A stretch of 64,000 nt of DNA from Cyclobacteriaceae bacterium (GCA_040222875.1 JAVKCG010000034.1:30748-94747), one strand, 5' to 3'. Positions 36,708 to 45,550 are shown, counted from the first letter of the stretch. Numbers and translations: made by a program. Notes: generated by a model not told the origin, from the sequence alone.

Positions 36708-38222
36708 ATGCGATTCTATTTTCTATTTGCCATTTTGTTGACTGGCCTGTCAGCCAACGCACAAAACTTAAGCACCAAAAGGATTCAGCAGCTCAGTGAT
36801 GAACAACTACCCACCGCTATCAAAGAATTCAGGTCGTTTCTGAGCATTCCAAATGACGGCCATTTTGATGATCATGTTGTACCAAACATAGTCTGGTGCC
36901 GGCAAGCTTTCAGTGATTTAGGTTTCGACCTTTTTACAATTGAAGCCAAGAAGGCCGATATGTTGCTTGCGACAAAGCAAATAGATCCGAAGAAGAAAAC
37001 TGTTTTGTTTTATCTACAGATCGATGGCCAACCAGCCGATACCGCAGCATGGGATCAGCTATCACCGTACGAACCAGCACTAAAAAAAGCAGTGGGTGAT
37101 GATTGGCAAGCTGTTGACTGGGATGAGCTGAAAAATCAAATCAATCTGGACTACAGAATTTTTGCCAGGTCAGCATCAGATTCTAAAGGGCCAGCGATGG
37201 CCTTAATTCAGGCACTTAAGATCATGGATGAGCAGAAGTTCTCCCCTGCCTTTAATGTGAAAGTAATCATGGACTTTCAGGAAGAACTTGGATCGCCGGA
37301 ATTGCCAGGGGCAGTAGCCCGGTACAAGGAGGAGTTACAAGCTGATTTTCTGGTTATTATGGATGGTGTTAGAAGCGTAATAAATGAACCAACATTGACT
37401 TTTGGAGCCAGGGGTATGTCAACGATTACCCTGAAAATCTATGGCCCCAAAGAGCCACAGCATAGTGGCCAATTTGGGAACTTCGCCCCCAACCCCGTTT
37501 TCAAAGCTACACAGCTGATTGCTGGCATGAAAGATGAAAACGGCAAAGTGATCATTCCAGGTTTTTATGACGGTGTTTCTTTGTCTGATGAAGAGAAGGC
37601 CATTCTGGCCACTGTGCCAGATGATCAACAAGATATTCTCAACACTTTGGGAATTGCCAAAGCTGATGCAGTCGGCTCAACTTATCAGGAGGCTCTTCAA
37701 TATCCTTCATTAAATATTCGAGGTATGCAGGCAGCCTGGGTGGGCAAAGAAGTCAGGACAATTATACCCTCAGAAGTGATAATTGAGATTGATATGCGCC
37801 TTGTACCCGAAACCCCTGGCCAGCGGCAGGTCGATCTGGTTAAGAAATACATCCAGGATCAGGGCTTCCATTTAATAGAAGGCGAACCAACAGAGGAAGA
37901 GCGATCAAGGTATGAAAAGCTAGCTGGGTTCAAATACCGATTAGGTTCTGTACCCTTTCGTACTGATTACGGCACACCTATGGATAAATGGCTCACTTCC
38001 GCAATCACCAGGGCAACAGGCAAAGCACCTATCCGAATGCGGACAACTGGCGGCTCTCAACCCATTGGCCCTTTTGTGAACACTTTAAATGTCCCAGCCA
38101 TTTCAGTAAGAATTCCGAACCCCGGCAGCAACATCCACGCTCCCAACGAAAACATCAGGATTGGAAATTTTTTAGAAGGCATCCAGACCTGTTTGGGCAT
38201 TTTGACAGAATCGATTAAGTAG
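36708..38222 (+). CDS. Secreted M20-family metallopeptidase/dipeptidase
   Basis: Signal peptide MRFYFLFAILLTGLSANAQ. Also ARSASDSKGPAMALIQALK ... MDFQEELGSPEL ... and a C-terminal HAPNENI, the M20 dimerisation-type layout. Confidence 0.75.
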   Translation: MRFYFLFAILLTGLSANAQNLSTKRIQQLSDEQLPTAIKEFRSFLSIPNDGHFDDHVVPNIVWCRQAFSDLGFDLFTIEAKKADMLLATKQIDPKKKTVLFYLQIDGQPADTAAWDQLSPYEPALKKAVGDDWQAVDWDELKNQINLDYRIFARSASDSKGPAMALIQALKIMDEQKFSPAFNVKVIMDFQEELGSPELPGAVARYKEELQADFLVIMDGVRSVINEPTLTFGARGMSTITLKIYGPKEPQHSGQFGNFAPNPVFKATQLIAGMKDENGKVIIPGFYDGVSLSDEEKAILATVPDDQQDILNTLGIAKADAVGSTYQEALQYPSLNIRGMQAAWVGKEVRTIIPSEVIIEIDMRLVPETPGQRQVDLVKKYIQDQGFHLIEGEPTEEERSRYEKLAGFKYRLGSVPFRTDYGTPMDKWLTSAITRATGKAPIRMRTTGGSQPIGPFVNTLNVPAISVRIPNPGSNIHAPNENIRIGNFLEGIQTCLGILTESIK

Positions 38223-38414
38223 ACGCTCTCCCCAACAAGCCATCATTCTGAGGATTTGAGATGGCTAGATCGAAAAAATGTGAGAATCTCTGACGGAACA
38301 CAAAGAAAATCGCCATTTACAACTTCGTATGATGGCATATATAACTACAACTTTAACTTAGAGTTATAATCTAGGTATGTGTAACATACATACTCGCATG
38401 TTGGGAAGCATACG

Positions 38415-39311
38415 ATGAACCGCGTAATACTCATTATAACCTTTCTAATTCTGGTAGTCTCCTGTGATTGTGTTCAGGAGGTTAACGTTCTCGTATTAAC
38501 TTCAGATTCTAAATTTCCTGTCGTAGATGTCAAGGTAACGGCTGGCGAACCCCAACAAGATTCTGATTTCGGATTAACTGATGGTCAAGGTCAATATCTA
38601 TATCACAACATTTCAGGAGGTCTGTTTGAATGTCCTGACGTAACACTAACGTTTCAAAAAGAAGGTTTTTTGAATCAAAAAATGAAGTATGAGTCTTGCT
38701 GCATTACCGATACGGTATATCTCTCTTATGATCTAACTAACAACTCTTTTGAATTTGGAGATGAACTAGCTGAGTACTTTTCAGGGTGGCTCTATTATCA
38801 AAAGCAAACTTTCGGAGAATTTGAACTTTCAGATTTCCGACGAACAACTGAACAAAATTTCAGTGATTATTCCGCTTATGCTTCTCCACCAGAAGAATAT
38901 CATGAAATGATTCGAGATTATTTATTCTATTCGCCAGACAGTTCCAAAGTACTAGATATATATAGCCAACGAACAATATTCGAACAAACTGCTGACGGAG
39001 GAATTGAAGCTCTTTTCTCTGTAGATTCAGAGATTTTCTATTTCGACTTAGAAGAAGGAACAAGAAATCGAATTTTGTTTGGCGGATACTTTTACACATT
39101 TGACGATGCTGCATGGGTTTCCAACAACGAAATTCTGGTTGTTGGTGACATTCAAGATTCAACTCGTCAACTTTCCGTATGGTATGCTAATCTAGGAACG
39201 AGGGAACTTAAACGATATGCTCAGGACGTTAAACCAAAAGACGAATTGATAAACGACTATCTGACGAAGGTGAAACTCGCCAATGTGAATCTGTATTTGG
39301 ATGATCAATAA
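38415..39311 (+). CDS. Hypothetical lipoprotein (N-terminal CarboxypepD_reg-like beta-sandwich?)
   Basis: Lipobox LILVVSC. VLVLTSDSKFPVVDVKVTAG ... TDGQGQY resembles a carboxypeptidase-regulatory-like fold. The rest is unrecognised. Confidence 0.45.
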   Translation: MNRVILIITFLILVVSCDCVQEVNVLVLTSDSKFPVVDVKVTAGEPQQDSDFGLTDGQGQYLYHNISGGLFECPDVTLTFQKEGFLNQKMKYESCCITDTVYLSYDLTNNSFEFGDELAEYFSGWLYYQKQTFGEFELSDFRRTTEQNFSDYSAYASPPEEYHEMIRDYLFYSPDSSKVLDIYSQRTIFEQTADGGIEALFSVDSEIFYFDLEEGTRNRILFGGYFYTFDDAAWVSNNEILVVGDIQDSTRQLSVWYANLGTRELKRYAQDVKPKDELINDYLTKVKLANVNLYLDDQ

Positions 39312-39498
39312 TGCAAAAACACTTCCTAACAAACAATATAGCACATGCCTCTAAGTAGGTACATTGAACGATGTGCAAAACCGTTAATTGTAGGTATTAA
39401 ATTAGTTTCAGAGGCACAGACCATATCTGTTAGATAAACCATTCTAAACCAAGCATACTATATGCAAATAAATATATTATGACATATCTACCGCCACG

Positions 39499-39600
39499 TT
39501 ATATTTATTTACATATAATTTAACTTATTAACCATATTTTATATTTAATTACATATAGTTTATGTAATTTGCGTTATATTATATTTAAATACATATAATG
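39499..39600 (+). promoter_or_regulatory. Three operator-like repeats TTATATTTAWWTACATATAR spaced exactly 40 bp apart, immediately upstream of and overlapping the HTH gene start
   Basis: The cores ATATTTATTTACATAT (39501-39516), ATATTTAATTACATAT (39541-39556) and ATATTTAAATACATAT (39581-39596) are imperfect 16-bp palindromes. The third abuts the ATG at 39598. In addition there is a perfect 9-bp inverted repeat: AATTACATA (39547-39555), 5-nt spacer, TATGTAATT (39561-39569). Confidence 0.6.
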
Positions 39601-39807
39601 AAAAAGTTAGCAGATTTTGTAAAAGAACGGAGAAAAGAAGTGAATCTAACTCAAGAAGAATTTGCTGAGCGTACAGGAGTTGCACTAACTGTTATACGCA
39701 AAATCGAACAGGGTAAAACAAATCTGAATTTGGATAAAGTGAACTTAGTTCTTCAGATGTTTGGGCATGAACTAGCGCCTGTTAAAAGTAAAGTTCTAAT
39801 TGAATGA
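39598..39807 (+). CDS. XRE-family HTH regulator (HipB-like)
   Basis: LADFVKERRKEVNLTQEEFAERTGVALTVIRKIEQGKTNLNLDKV is a classic Cro/C1-type HTH. It is 69 aa. There is an ATGA overlap with the next gene. Confidence 0.85.
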   Translation: MKKLADFVKERRKEVNLTQEEFAERTGVALTVIRKIEQGKTNLNLDKVNLVLQMFGHELAPVKSKVLIE

Positions 39808-40139
39808 GACAGGGTAAAGTGTTTTATAAAGGTGATTTCGCAGGTATAGTTACTGAAACGGATGAAGGTGAGTATGTTTTTCTATATGACAACAAGTACG
39901 TAAAAGACCACCCAAATGACTTCATCACATTTACAATGCCTGTTACAACAAAACCATATACTGAAAAGCGACTTTTCCCATTTTTTGAAGGATTGATTCC
40001 AGAAGGCTGGTTGCTGGATATAGCTTCAGAAAACTGGAAAATCAATAAAAATGACCGGATGGGATTACTACTGGCTTGTTGTCAAAATTGCATTGGTGCA
40101 GTCAGTGTGAAACCAATAGTGAAGGAAGATGGAGAATAG
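39804..40139 (+). CDS. HipA N-terminal-subdomain protein (HipS-like)
   Basis: 111 aa: KVFYKGDFAGIVTE ... YVFLYDNKY ... LFPFFEGLIPEGWLL has the couple_hipA / HipA N-terminal subdomain pattern. Confidence 0.75.
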   Translation: MRQGKVFYKGDFAGIVTETDEGEYVFLYDNKYVKDHPNDFITFTMPVTTKPYTEKRLFPFFEGLIPEGWLLDIASENWKINKNDRMGLLLACCQNCIGAVSVKPIVKEDGE

Positions 40140-41079
40140 ATGTTTATCTTGTTACGAAGTCATTGACGGCCAACATGACTTTCACCAGAAATGTTCGATG
40201 GAATTCTTTGGAACACCTACTCCTCCAAAAATCGAATATTCCCTTGATCAAATGGCTGAGCTTGCTAAAAATGTGGTTGAGCGGAGTATTGCTGTCCCTG
40301 GTGTTCAGGCAAAATTATCAATGTCCTTAATCAAAAAAACCAAAGGAAAATCCAACACAAGATTGACCGTGGTCGGGGCATTAGGAGGACACTATATTTT
40401 TAAACCACCTTCTGACAAATTTCCTGAAATGCCAGCGAATGAACATGTAACAATGCGAATAGCAGAATCTTTTGGAATCAAGGTAGCACCATCATCATTG
40501 GTTCGATTATCATCAGGAGAACTCTCCTATTTAACCAAACGAATTGATCGGACAGAAACTGGATTGAAGATTCACATGATCGATATGTTTCAAATCACAG
40601 AAGCATTTGATAAGTACAGAAGTTCTATGGAGAAAGTTGGAAAAGCATTAAATGACTTTTCAAGTAACACTTTACTAGACAAAACTTTTTACTTTGACCT
40701 GGTTATCTTCTCCTTTTTAAGTGGAAATAATGACATGCACTTGAAGAACTTTTCAATGATCGAAGGCCCTTCAGGTTGGGTGTTGTCACCTGCCTATGAT
40801 TTATTAAATGTTGCTATCATATTAGCAGAGGATACGGAAGAACTTGCGCTAACACTAGTTGGAAAGAAAAAAAATTTGAAGAGAGAACATTTTGAACGAT
40901 TTGGAGATGAGCTAGGATTGACCCCTAAACAGATCAAAGGAAGCTTCAATAGAATGATAAAAAGTAAATCGAAAGCATTCGATTGGATTGACCGATCATT
41001 TCTTTCAGAAGAGATGAAAACAGCTTATAAAGATTTATTTGAAGCAAGATATGATCGATTAGGACTGTTAAAACAATAA
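40129..41079 (+). CDS. HipA-family Ser/Thr kinase core (HipT-like toxin) with N-terminal CxxC..HxxC knuckle
   Basis: Gly-rich loop VPGVQAKLS, YIFKP, NEHVTMRIAESFGI, TKRIDR, catalytic loop GNNDMHLKNFS and SPAYDLLN. The N-terminus is MENRCLSCYEVIDGQHDFHQKC. It overlaps the upstream gene by 11 nt. Confidence 0.85.
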   Translation: MENRCLSCYEVIDGQHDFHQKCSMEFFGTPTPPKIEYSLDQMAELAKNVVERSIAVPGVQAKLSMSLIKKTKGKSNTRLTVVGALGGHYIFKPPSDKFPEMPANEHVTMRIAESFGIKVAPSSLVRLSSGELSYLTKRIDRTETGLKIHMIDMFQITEAFDKYRSSMEKVGKALNDFSSNTLLDKTFYFDLVIFSFLSGNNDMHLKNFSMIEGPSGWVLSPAYDLLNVAIILAEDTEELALTLVGKKKNLKREHFERFGDELGLTPKQIKGSFNRMIKSKSKAFDWIDRSFLSEEMKTAYKDLFEARYDRLGLLKQ

Positions 41080-41189
41080 TGGTATACATCAAAGTGTTTA
41101 GTAAATACTCTTTGGGATACGCATCACGCAGACCGTACCCTCAAACCTTTAAACCTTCCTAACTTCAACACCTTCCGAACCTTCCAACC

Positions 41190-42428
41190 TTAACCCCTCA
41201 CCAACTCAATCATTGTCAGCTCAGGCGCAATGCCTACCCTACCCGGATAGCCAATAAAGCCAAAGCCGCGGTTTACATAAATATGCTGGCTGCCTTCGGA
41301 GTATAATCCAGCCCACTGGTCGTAGAAATATTGCGATGGACTCCATTTGAAATTGCCAATCTCAACCCCAAATTGAAAGCCATGTGTGTGGCCTGAAAAA
41401 GTGACATCTATGTCAGGAAATTCTGGGCGTACCTGCGCATCCCAGTGGCTGGGGTCATGGGAAAGTAGGAGCTTGGCATCCCCTTCAGCACCTCTGAATG
41501 CTTGAGCTAAATTCCCGTATTTGGTGAACCCTCTGGCTCCCCAATTCTCAACCCCAATCAAAGCAATCTGATCTCCATCTACATTAATTGTCCTGTTCTC
41601 ATTCAACAGCAAGTCCCAGCCCATTTGCTTTTGTGACTGCTTCAAGTCATCAAGGTTTTTCCTTTTTGCCGAAGGAGAATCCCAGCTTTTATAATCGCCA
41701 TAATCGTGGTTGCCAAGAATTGAGAAAACACCTAATGGTGCATTCAATTTTTCAAAAATGCCGATGTAGTCTTTCACTTCAGAGCTTTCGTTATTCACGA
41801 GGTCTCCTGTAAAAAATATTACATCCGGTTTTTCTGCCAGGAACATTTCAACCCCTCCCAGCACAGCCTTTTTGTTAAAAAAACTACCGCTGTGAATATC
41901 AGAAAGCTGTCCAATTCTGATGCCGTCAAATGCCCTGGGTAGATTGGGAAGAGCAATCCTGATCCGTCTTATTTGGTAATTATGCGCTCCTGAAACAATC
42001 CCAAAGCCAAAAACCGCCAGCGGTACAGCACCTGCTATGAGTGCTGTTTTAGAAAGAAATTCAGATCTGCTTATTCCTTGTTCAGTTACTTGTTGCGCCT
42101 CTTTGGATTGAAAAAATTGAGTAGCCCATTGCCCCAGCCTTACAAAATCGTCAACCATGATAAACAGCGAGGCAAACACTTTTGAAAAAACATTCATAAA
42201 GGTGCCAACGAGGATTACCGTCCTCAATGACCTTAATTGAATGCCCCAGAAGTTGTAGGCAAAAACTGATGTAAGTGTTATGACGGTTAGCCCCCAGTAA
42301 GCAATAAAAATCCACCTCCTGGAAGTTGTGCTCAAGTCAGAGCTGACTAACCGCACTGCCTGAAAAACATAGAGGTCAACAAGAAAAATGAAGGCTAGGA
42401 GGAATAACACAAATACAAGACGGTTCAA
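41190..42428 (-). CDS. Membrane-anchored metallophosphoesterase (YkuE/calcineurin-like)
   Basis: Four or five N-terminal TM helices, then QLSDIHSG, FTGDLVNN, GNHD and SGHTHG. Confidence 0.85.
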   Translation of the reverse strand: MNRLVFVLFLLAFIFLVDLYVFQAVRLVSSDLSTTSRRWIFIAYWGLTVITLTSVFAYNFWGIQLRSLRTVILVGTFMNVFSKVFASLFIMVDDFVRLGQWATQFFQSKEAQQVTEQGISRSEFLSKTALIAGAVPLAVFGFGIVSGAHNYQIRRIRIALPNLPRAFDGIRIGQLSDIHSGSFFNKKAVLGGVEMFLAEKPDVIFFTGDLVNNESSEVKDYIGIFEKLNAPLGVFSILGNHDYGDYKSWDSPSAKRKNLDDLKQSQKQMGWDLLLNENRTINVDGDQIALIGVENWGARGFTKYGNLAQAFRGAEGDAKLLLSHDPSHWDAQVRPEFPDIDVTFSGHTHGFQFGVEIGNFKWSPSQYFYDQWAGLYSEGSQHIYVNRGFGFIGYPGRVGIAPELTMIELVRG

Positions 42429-42450
42429 TGCTCAAATTATCAATTAACGA

Positions 42451-43017
42451 TTAGCTTTTAACAGCGATCACCTGATAATGTTGCATTAAAATTTGCCAGC
42501 CATGGTTCAACATGTAACCAAGCGCAAGCTTTGACTTTCCGCCATTTGGCAAATCATGGTCATCAATAAGCACTACGGCCATGTCAGTAAGTTGATTTTC
42601 GATTGCTAAAAATTCTTTCAGGTGATGTTCCTGGCTGGCATTTTGAAGCGTTTCATCGGCCAAATCATAGTCAAGGCTATCGAGGTACAAAAAGTCTATA
42701 TCACTATCAAATTGAGACAAAAACTCTATCGAATCAGCATTTATCAAATTCACATGATCTTTAAGCTCCTGCTTGTCTAATGTATCTGATGCTGTTTTTA
42801 TAGCTTGCTCATCTGAATCTATAGAGAATAAAGTAGCACCGTTTTTCGCCGCCCAATTGGCAAATATCAAGGTAGATGCCCCATCAGATTTGATATTTGA
42901 AAGCCCCGATCGACATGTTCCAGTTTCCACCAATGTTTTGGCATATCGCTCTGCAAGCAGTTTCAAGATTTTTGAAAATGTTTTTCTGCGCTTTCCAGTT
43001 CCCGAAATCCAATCCAT
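42451..43017 (-). CDS. Class I SAM-dependent methyltransferase (Methyltransf_24-like)
   Basis: LVETGTCRSG (motif I), DGASTLIF, LFSIDSD, ADSIEFL and DFLYLDS. Confidence 0.6.
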   Translation of the reverse strand: MDWISGTGKRRKTFSKILKLLAERYAKTLVETGTCRSGLSNIKSDGASTLIFANWAAKNGATLFSIDSDEQAIKTASDTLDKQELKDHVNLINADSIEFLSQFDSDIDFLYLDSLDYDLADETLQNASQEHHLKEFLAIENQLTDMAVVLIDDHDLPNGGKSKLALGYMLNHGWQILMQHYQVIAVKS

Positions 43018-43074
43018 CTTTCAAAATTGTTTAAATTATATCTGCTTTAACATTTTCAGCGTATAACTCGAATA

Positions 43075-43797
43075 ATGAAACGGTTTGTGGCCCTTTTATT
43101 TTTTCTTCCATCAGTATGTTACGCTCAGTTTCACATGATCGGGGATTCGGATATGATGCCGGATGGTTGCATTATGCTTACCCCGGATTTTCCCTACAGC
43201 GAAGGCCTGGCTTATTATCAGGATCGGCTTGATTTGTCCCAGTATTTCCAAATTGAGTTCGACATCTATTTCGGCGATAAAGATAATGGCGCTGACGGCA
43301 TTGCATTCGTGGTGCATAACGATTTACGTGGTTTTCAGGCATATGGCAATTGGGGTGAATGCCTGGGTTATGGCCGATTTAACCCATTCTCTTCCGGCAA
43401 TTCAATCAGCCCCTCAATTGCGATTGAATTCGATACTTATCAAAATGCCAACCAAAATGATCCCACGTCGGACCATATTGCTTATCTCGAAAATGGCATA
43501 AGCATGCATCAATCATATTGGAATGACAACAAGGAAGACTACAATATTGAGGATGACTATCTCCATAGCTTTTACTTCAGATGGAACCCCGAAACACAGG
43601 AGATAAAAGTATTCCTGGATGGACAGGAGGTTTATAGCGGAACCCGTGACCTGATCAATGACATATTTGGAGGGCAGACCCAGGTGATCTGGGGCTTTAC
43701 AGCTTCTACCGGAAGAAAGCACAATCTGCAATATTTCTGCTTGAAAAGGTTCGCAGATGTTCCACAAACAACAAACATTGAATCACAATCTGAGTAA
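43075..43797 (+). CDS. Secreted L-type (legume-like) lectin-domain protein
   Basis: Signal peptide MKRFVALLFFLPSVCYAQ. GADGIAFVVHND, SIAIEFDTYQNANQNDP and DHIAYLENG correspond to the hallmark legume-lectin motifs (ADGxAF, VAVEFDT, DHIGIDVN). Confidence 0.65.
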   Translation: MKRFVALLFFLPSVCYAQFHMIGDSDMMPDGCIMLTPDFPYSEGLAYYQDRLDLSQYFQIEFDIYFGDKDNGADGIAFVVHNDLRGFQAYGNWGECLGYGRFNPFSSGNSISPSIAIEFDTYQNANQNDPTSDHIAYLENGISMHQSYWNDNKEDYNIEDDYLHSFYFRWNPETQEIKVFLDGQEVYSGTRDLINDIFGGQTQVIWGFTASTGRKHNLQYFCLKRFADVPQTTNIESQSE

Positions 43798-43855
43798 CAG
43801 GTGTAAACTAGCCTTACAGTTTTGATCTCTCCCCTATTTTCAAAATCTTCGCTTC

Positions 43856-44518
43856 ATGGATGTGAAAATCGAAGCCAGCTGGAAAGAGCATTTACAACCT
43901 GAATTTGAAAAGCCATATTTCAAAAATCTAGTTGATTTTGTTAAGCAGGAATATCAAACAAGTGCTGTATATCCTCCTGGCAAACTCATTTTCAATGCAT
44001 TTGATCACTGCCCTTTTGAATCAGTCAAAGTTGTGATCATCGGCCAGGATCCATATCATGGTCCCGGGCAAGCCAATGGACTCTGCTTCTCAGTAAATGA
44101 CGGAATGAAAAAACCGCCAAGCCTGGTGAACATTCTCACAGAAATACAGAATGAACTTGGTAAACCCATCCCTGACAGTGGCAATCTTGAACGATGGGCC
44201 GACCAGGGAGTACTCCTTTTGAATGCCACCTTAACAGTGAGGGCAAGGACTGCTGGTTCACACCAAAACAAAGGCTGGGAAGAGTTTACTGATGCCACTA
44301 TAAAAGCAATATCAAATGAAAAAGAGCATATGGTCTTTATGTGTTGGGGTGCTTATGCTCAGCGTAAAGCAGAAATCATTGACCGTTCCAGGCATCTGGT
44401 TTTAGAATCACCACACCCCTCTCCCTTTTCGGTTCACCGGGGCTTTTTTGGCAACAACCATTTTAGAAAGGCGAATAACTATTTAAAGGAAAATGGTTTG
44501 GATGAAATTGATTGGTAA
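43856..44518 (+). CDS. ung: Uracil-DNA glycosylase (family 1)
   Basis: VVIIGQDPYHGPGQANGLCFSV, LLLNATLTV and ESPHPSPFSVHRGFFGNNHF are canonical Ung motifs. Confidence 0.95.
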   Translation: MDVKIEASWKEHLQPEFEKPYFKNLVDFVKQEYQTSAVYPPGKLIFNAFDHCPFESVKVVIIGQDPYHGPGQANGLCFSVNDGMKKPPSLVNILTEIQNELGKPIPDSGNLERWADQGVLLLNATLTVRARTAGSHQNKGWEEFTDATIKAISNEKEHMVFMCWGAYAQRKAEIIDRSRHLVLESPHPSPFSVHRGFFGNNHFRKANNYLKENGLDEIDW

Positions 44519-44524
44519 TCTGAT

Positions 44525-45457
44525 TTAAAGAACTTTTTCCAATATCCTTTTTTCGCAAATACTGGCTCCCATTCTTTCTTTAAACTCGGCTAAACCCGTT
44601 TGTATTTTTCCTTTTACAGAAGATAGGCCTAGATCAAGGATTTGATAGTTCATGCTCTTCGCATATTTGTACAAATTGACAAGCAAGAAAACCATAGGGC
44701 TGTCCTGCTTAAATTTTTTGTCACTGGCTGGTAAATAATTATATATGATATTCTTATTGACTTCCACAGTAATGGAGGTGGCAGTTAAATAACCATTGTG
44801 CCTAATGCTCAATATCCTGTATTTACCAGGAAAGGCCTTAAACGATCTCTGAAGGTCTTCGAAAGAGATATTTACTTTCAATTTTTGTTGTTCACGGCAT
44901 CTTTCGATAAAACTGTAAACCTCCGGTAAGGCATCTGCCGATTCAAGTTTCCAGCGATAATTCTTTGCAAGGGCCTTCCTGAAATGTCGGCGCTCCATAG
45001 TGCTCAAGAGCGAAATACCGTCAACATCATCAAGGTTTACAAAATGATTGATGTCACTGATTGAAGTTTCATAACCCAGTTCCTTTAAAACCTCAAGCGT
45101 ATCGAAGTTGAGTTCATCTACATACACATCAGGGGCCTCAATTATTTTGATTTTCTTAAACTTAGAAGACTTCAATTCATTTTGCACATATAAGCAGAAG
45201 TCATGAAATATCTGATCGTCTACCAGAGAGTCAAATTCGTATCCTCCAAAAGGGCTCTTTGGCAGGCTAAATGCATTCTGGCCCACGGCAGTAAAATGAA
45301 TGATACCGTGAACTGTTTTTTTCTTTTTATTCAGAATCGAAAATGTATCGATTGGTTCAATTTCCTGATGTTTAACAAACTTGAGGGTATTGTAAAAATT
45401 CAGCGGGAATTTGACACTATATCCCTTTAAATCATGATTCCTTTTGAACTCCAGCAT
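44525..45457 (-). CDS. FemAB-like / GNAT-fold acyltransferase-family protein (tentative)
   Basis: 310 aa. The C-terminal half, YLPASDKKFKQDSPMVFLLVNLYKYAKSMNYQILDLGLS ... GLAEFKERMGA, resembles FemAB/GNAT-type (Acetyltransf_6-like) proteins. This is recognition by pattern only. Confidence 0.4.
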   Translation of the reverse strand: MLEFKRNHDLKGYSVKFPLNFYNTLKFVKHQEIEPIDTFSILNKKKKTVHGIIHFTAVGQNAFSLPKSPFGGYEFDSLVDDQIFHDFCLYVQNELKSSKFKKIKIIEAPDVYVDELNFDTLEVLKELGYETSISDINHFVNLDDVDGISLLSTMERRHFRKALAKNYRWKLESADALPEVYSFIERCREQQKLKVNISFEDLQRSFKAFPGKYRILSIRHNGYLTATSITVEVNKNIIYNYLPASDKKFKQDSPMVFLLVNLYKYAKSMNYQILDLGLSSVKGKIQTGLAEFKERMGASICEKRILEKVL

Positions 45458-45550
45458 CGTTCAATGATAAGCATTTATCCAACTCTCTCCTACCCACAAA
45501 TCAAATTGATAAAGCTTACTTTTGTCCTGCTTCAAATTTGAATTTCTCTA

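Noticed and set aside
38238-38266. Hairpin AGCCATC-N15-GATGGCT just after the M20 peptidase stop as a terminator
   Set aside because: The stem is short (7 bp) with a large 15-nt loop, and it is followed by AGATCGAAAAAA rather than a U-tract. It is not convincing as an intrinsic terminator.
40076-40330. 84-aa ORF spanning the HipS-like / HipT-like junction in a third frame
   Set aside because: It is fully overlapped by two ORFs with clear HipA-family motifs, and its own translation has no recognisable features.
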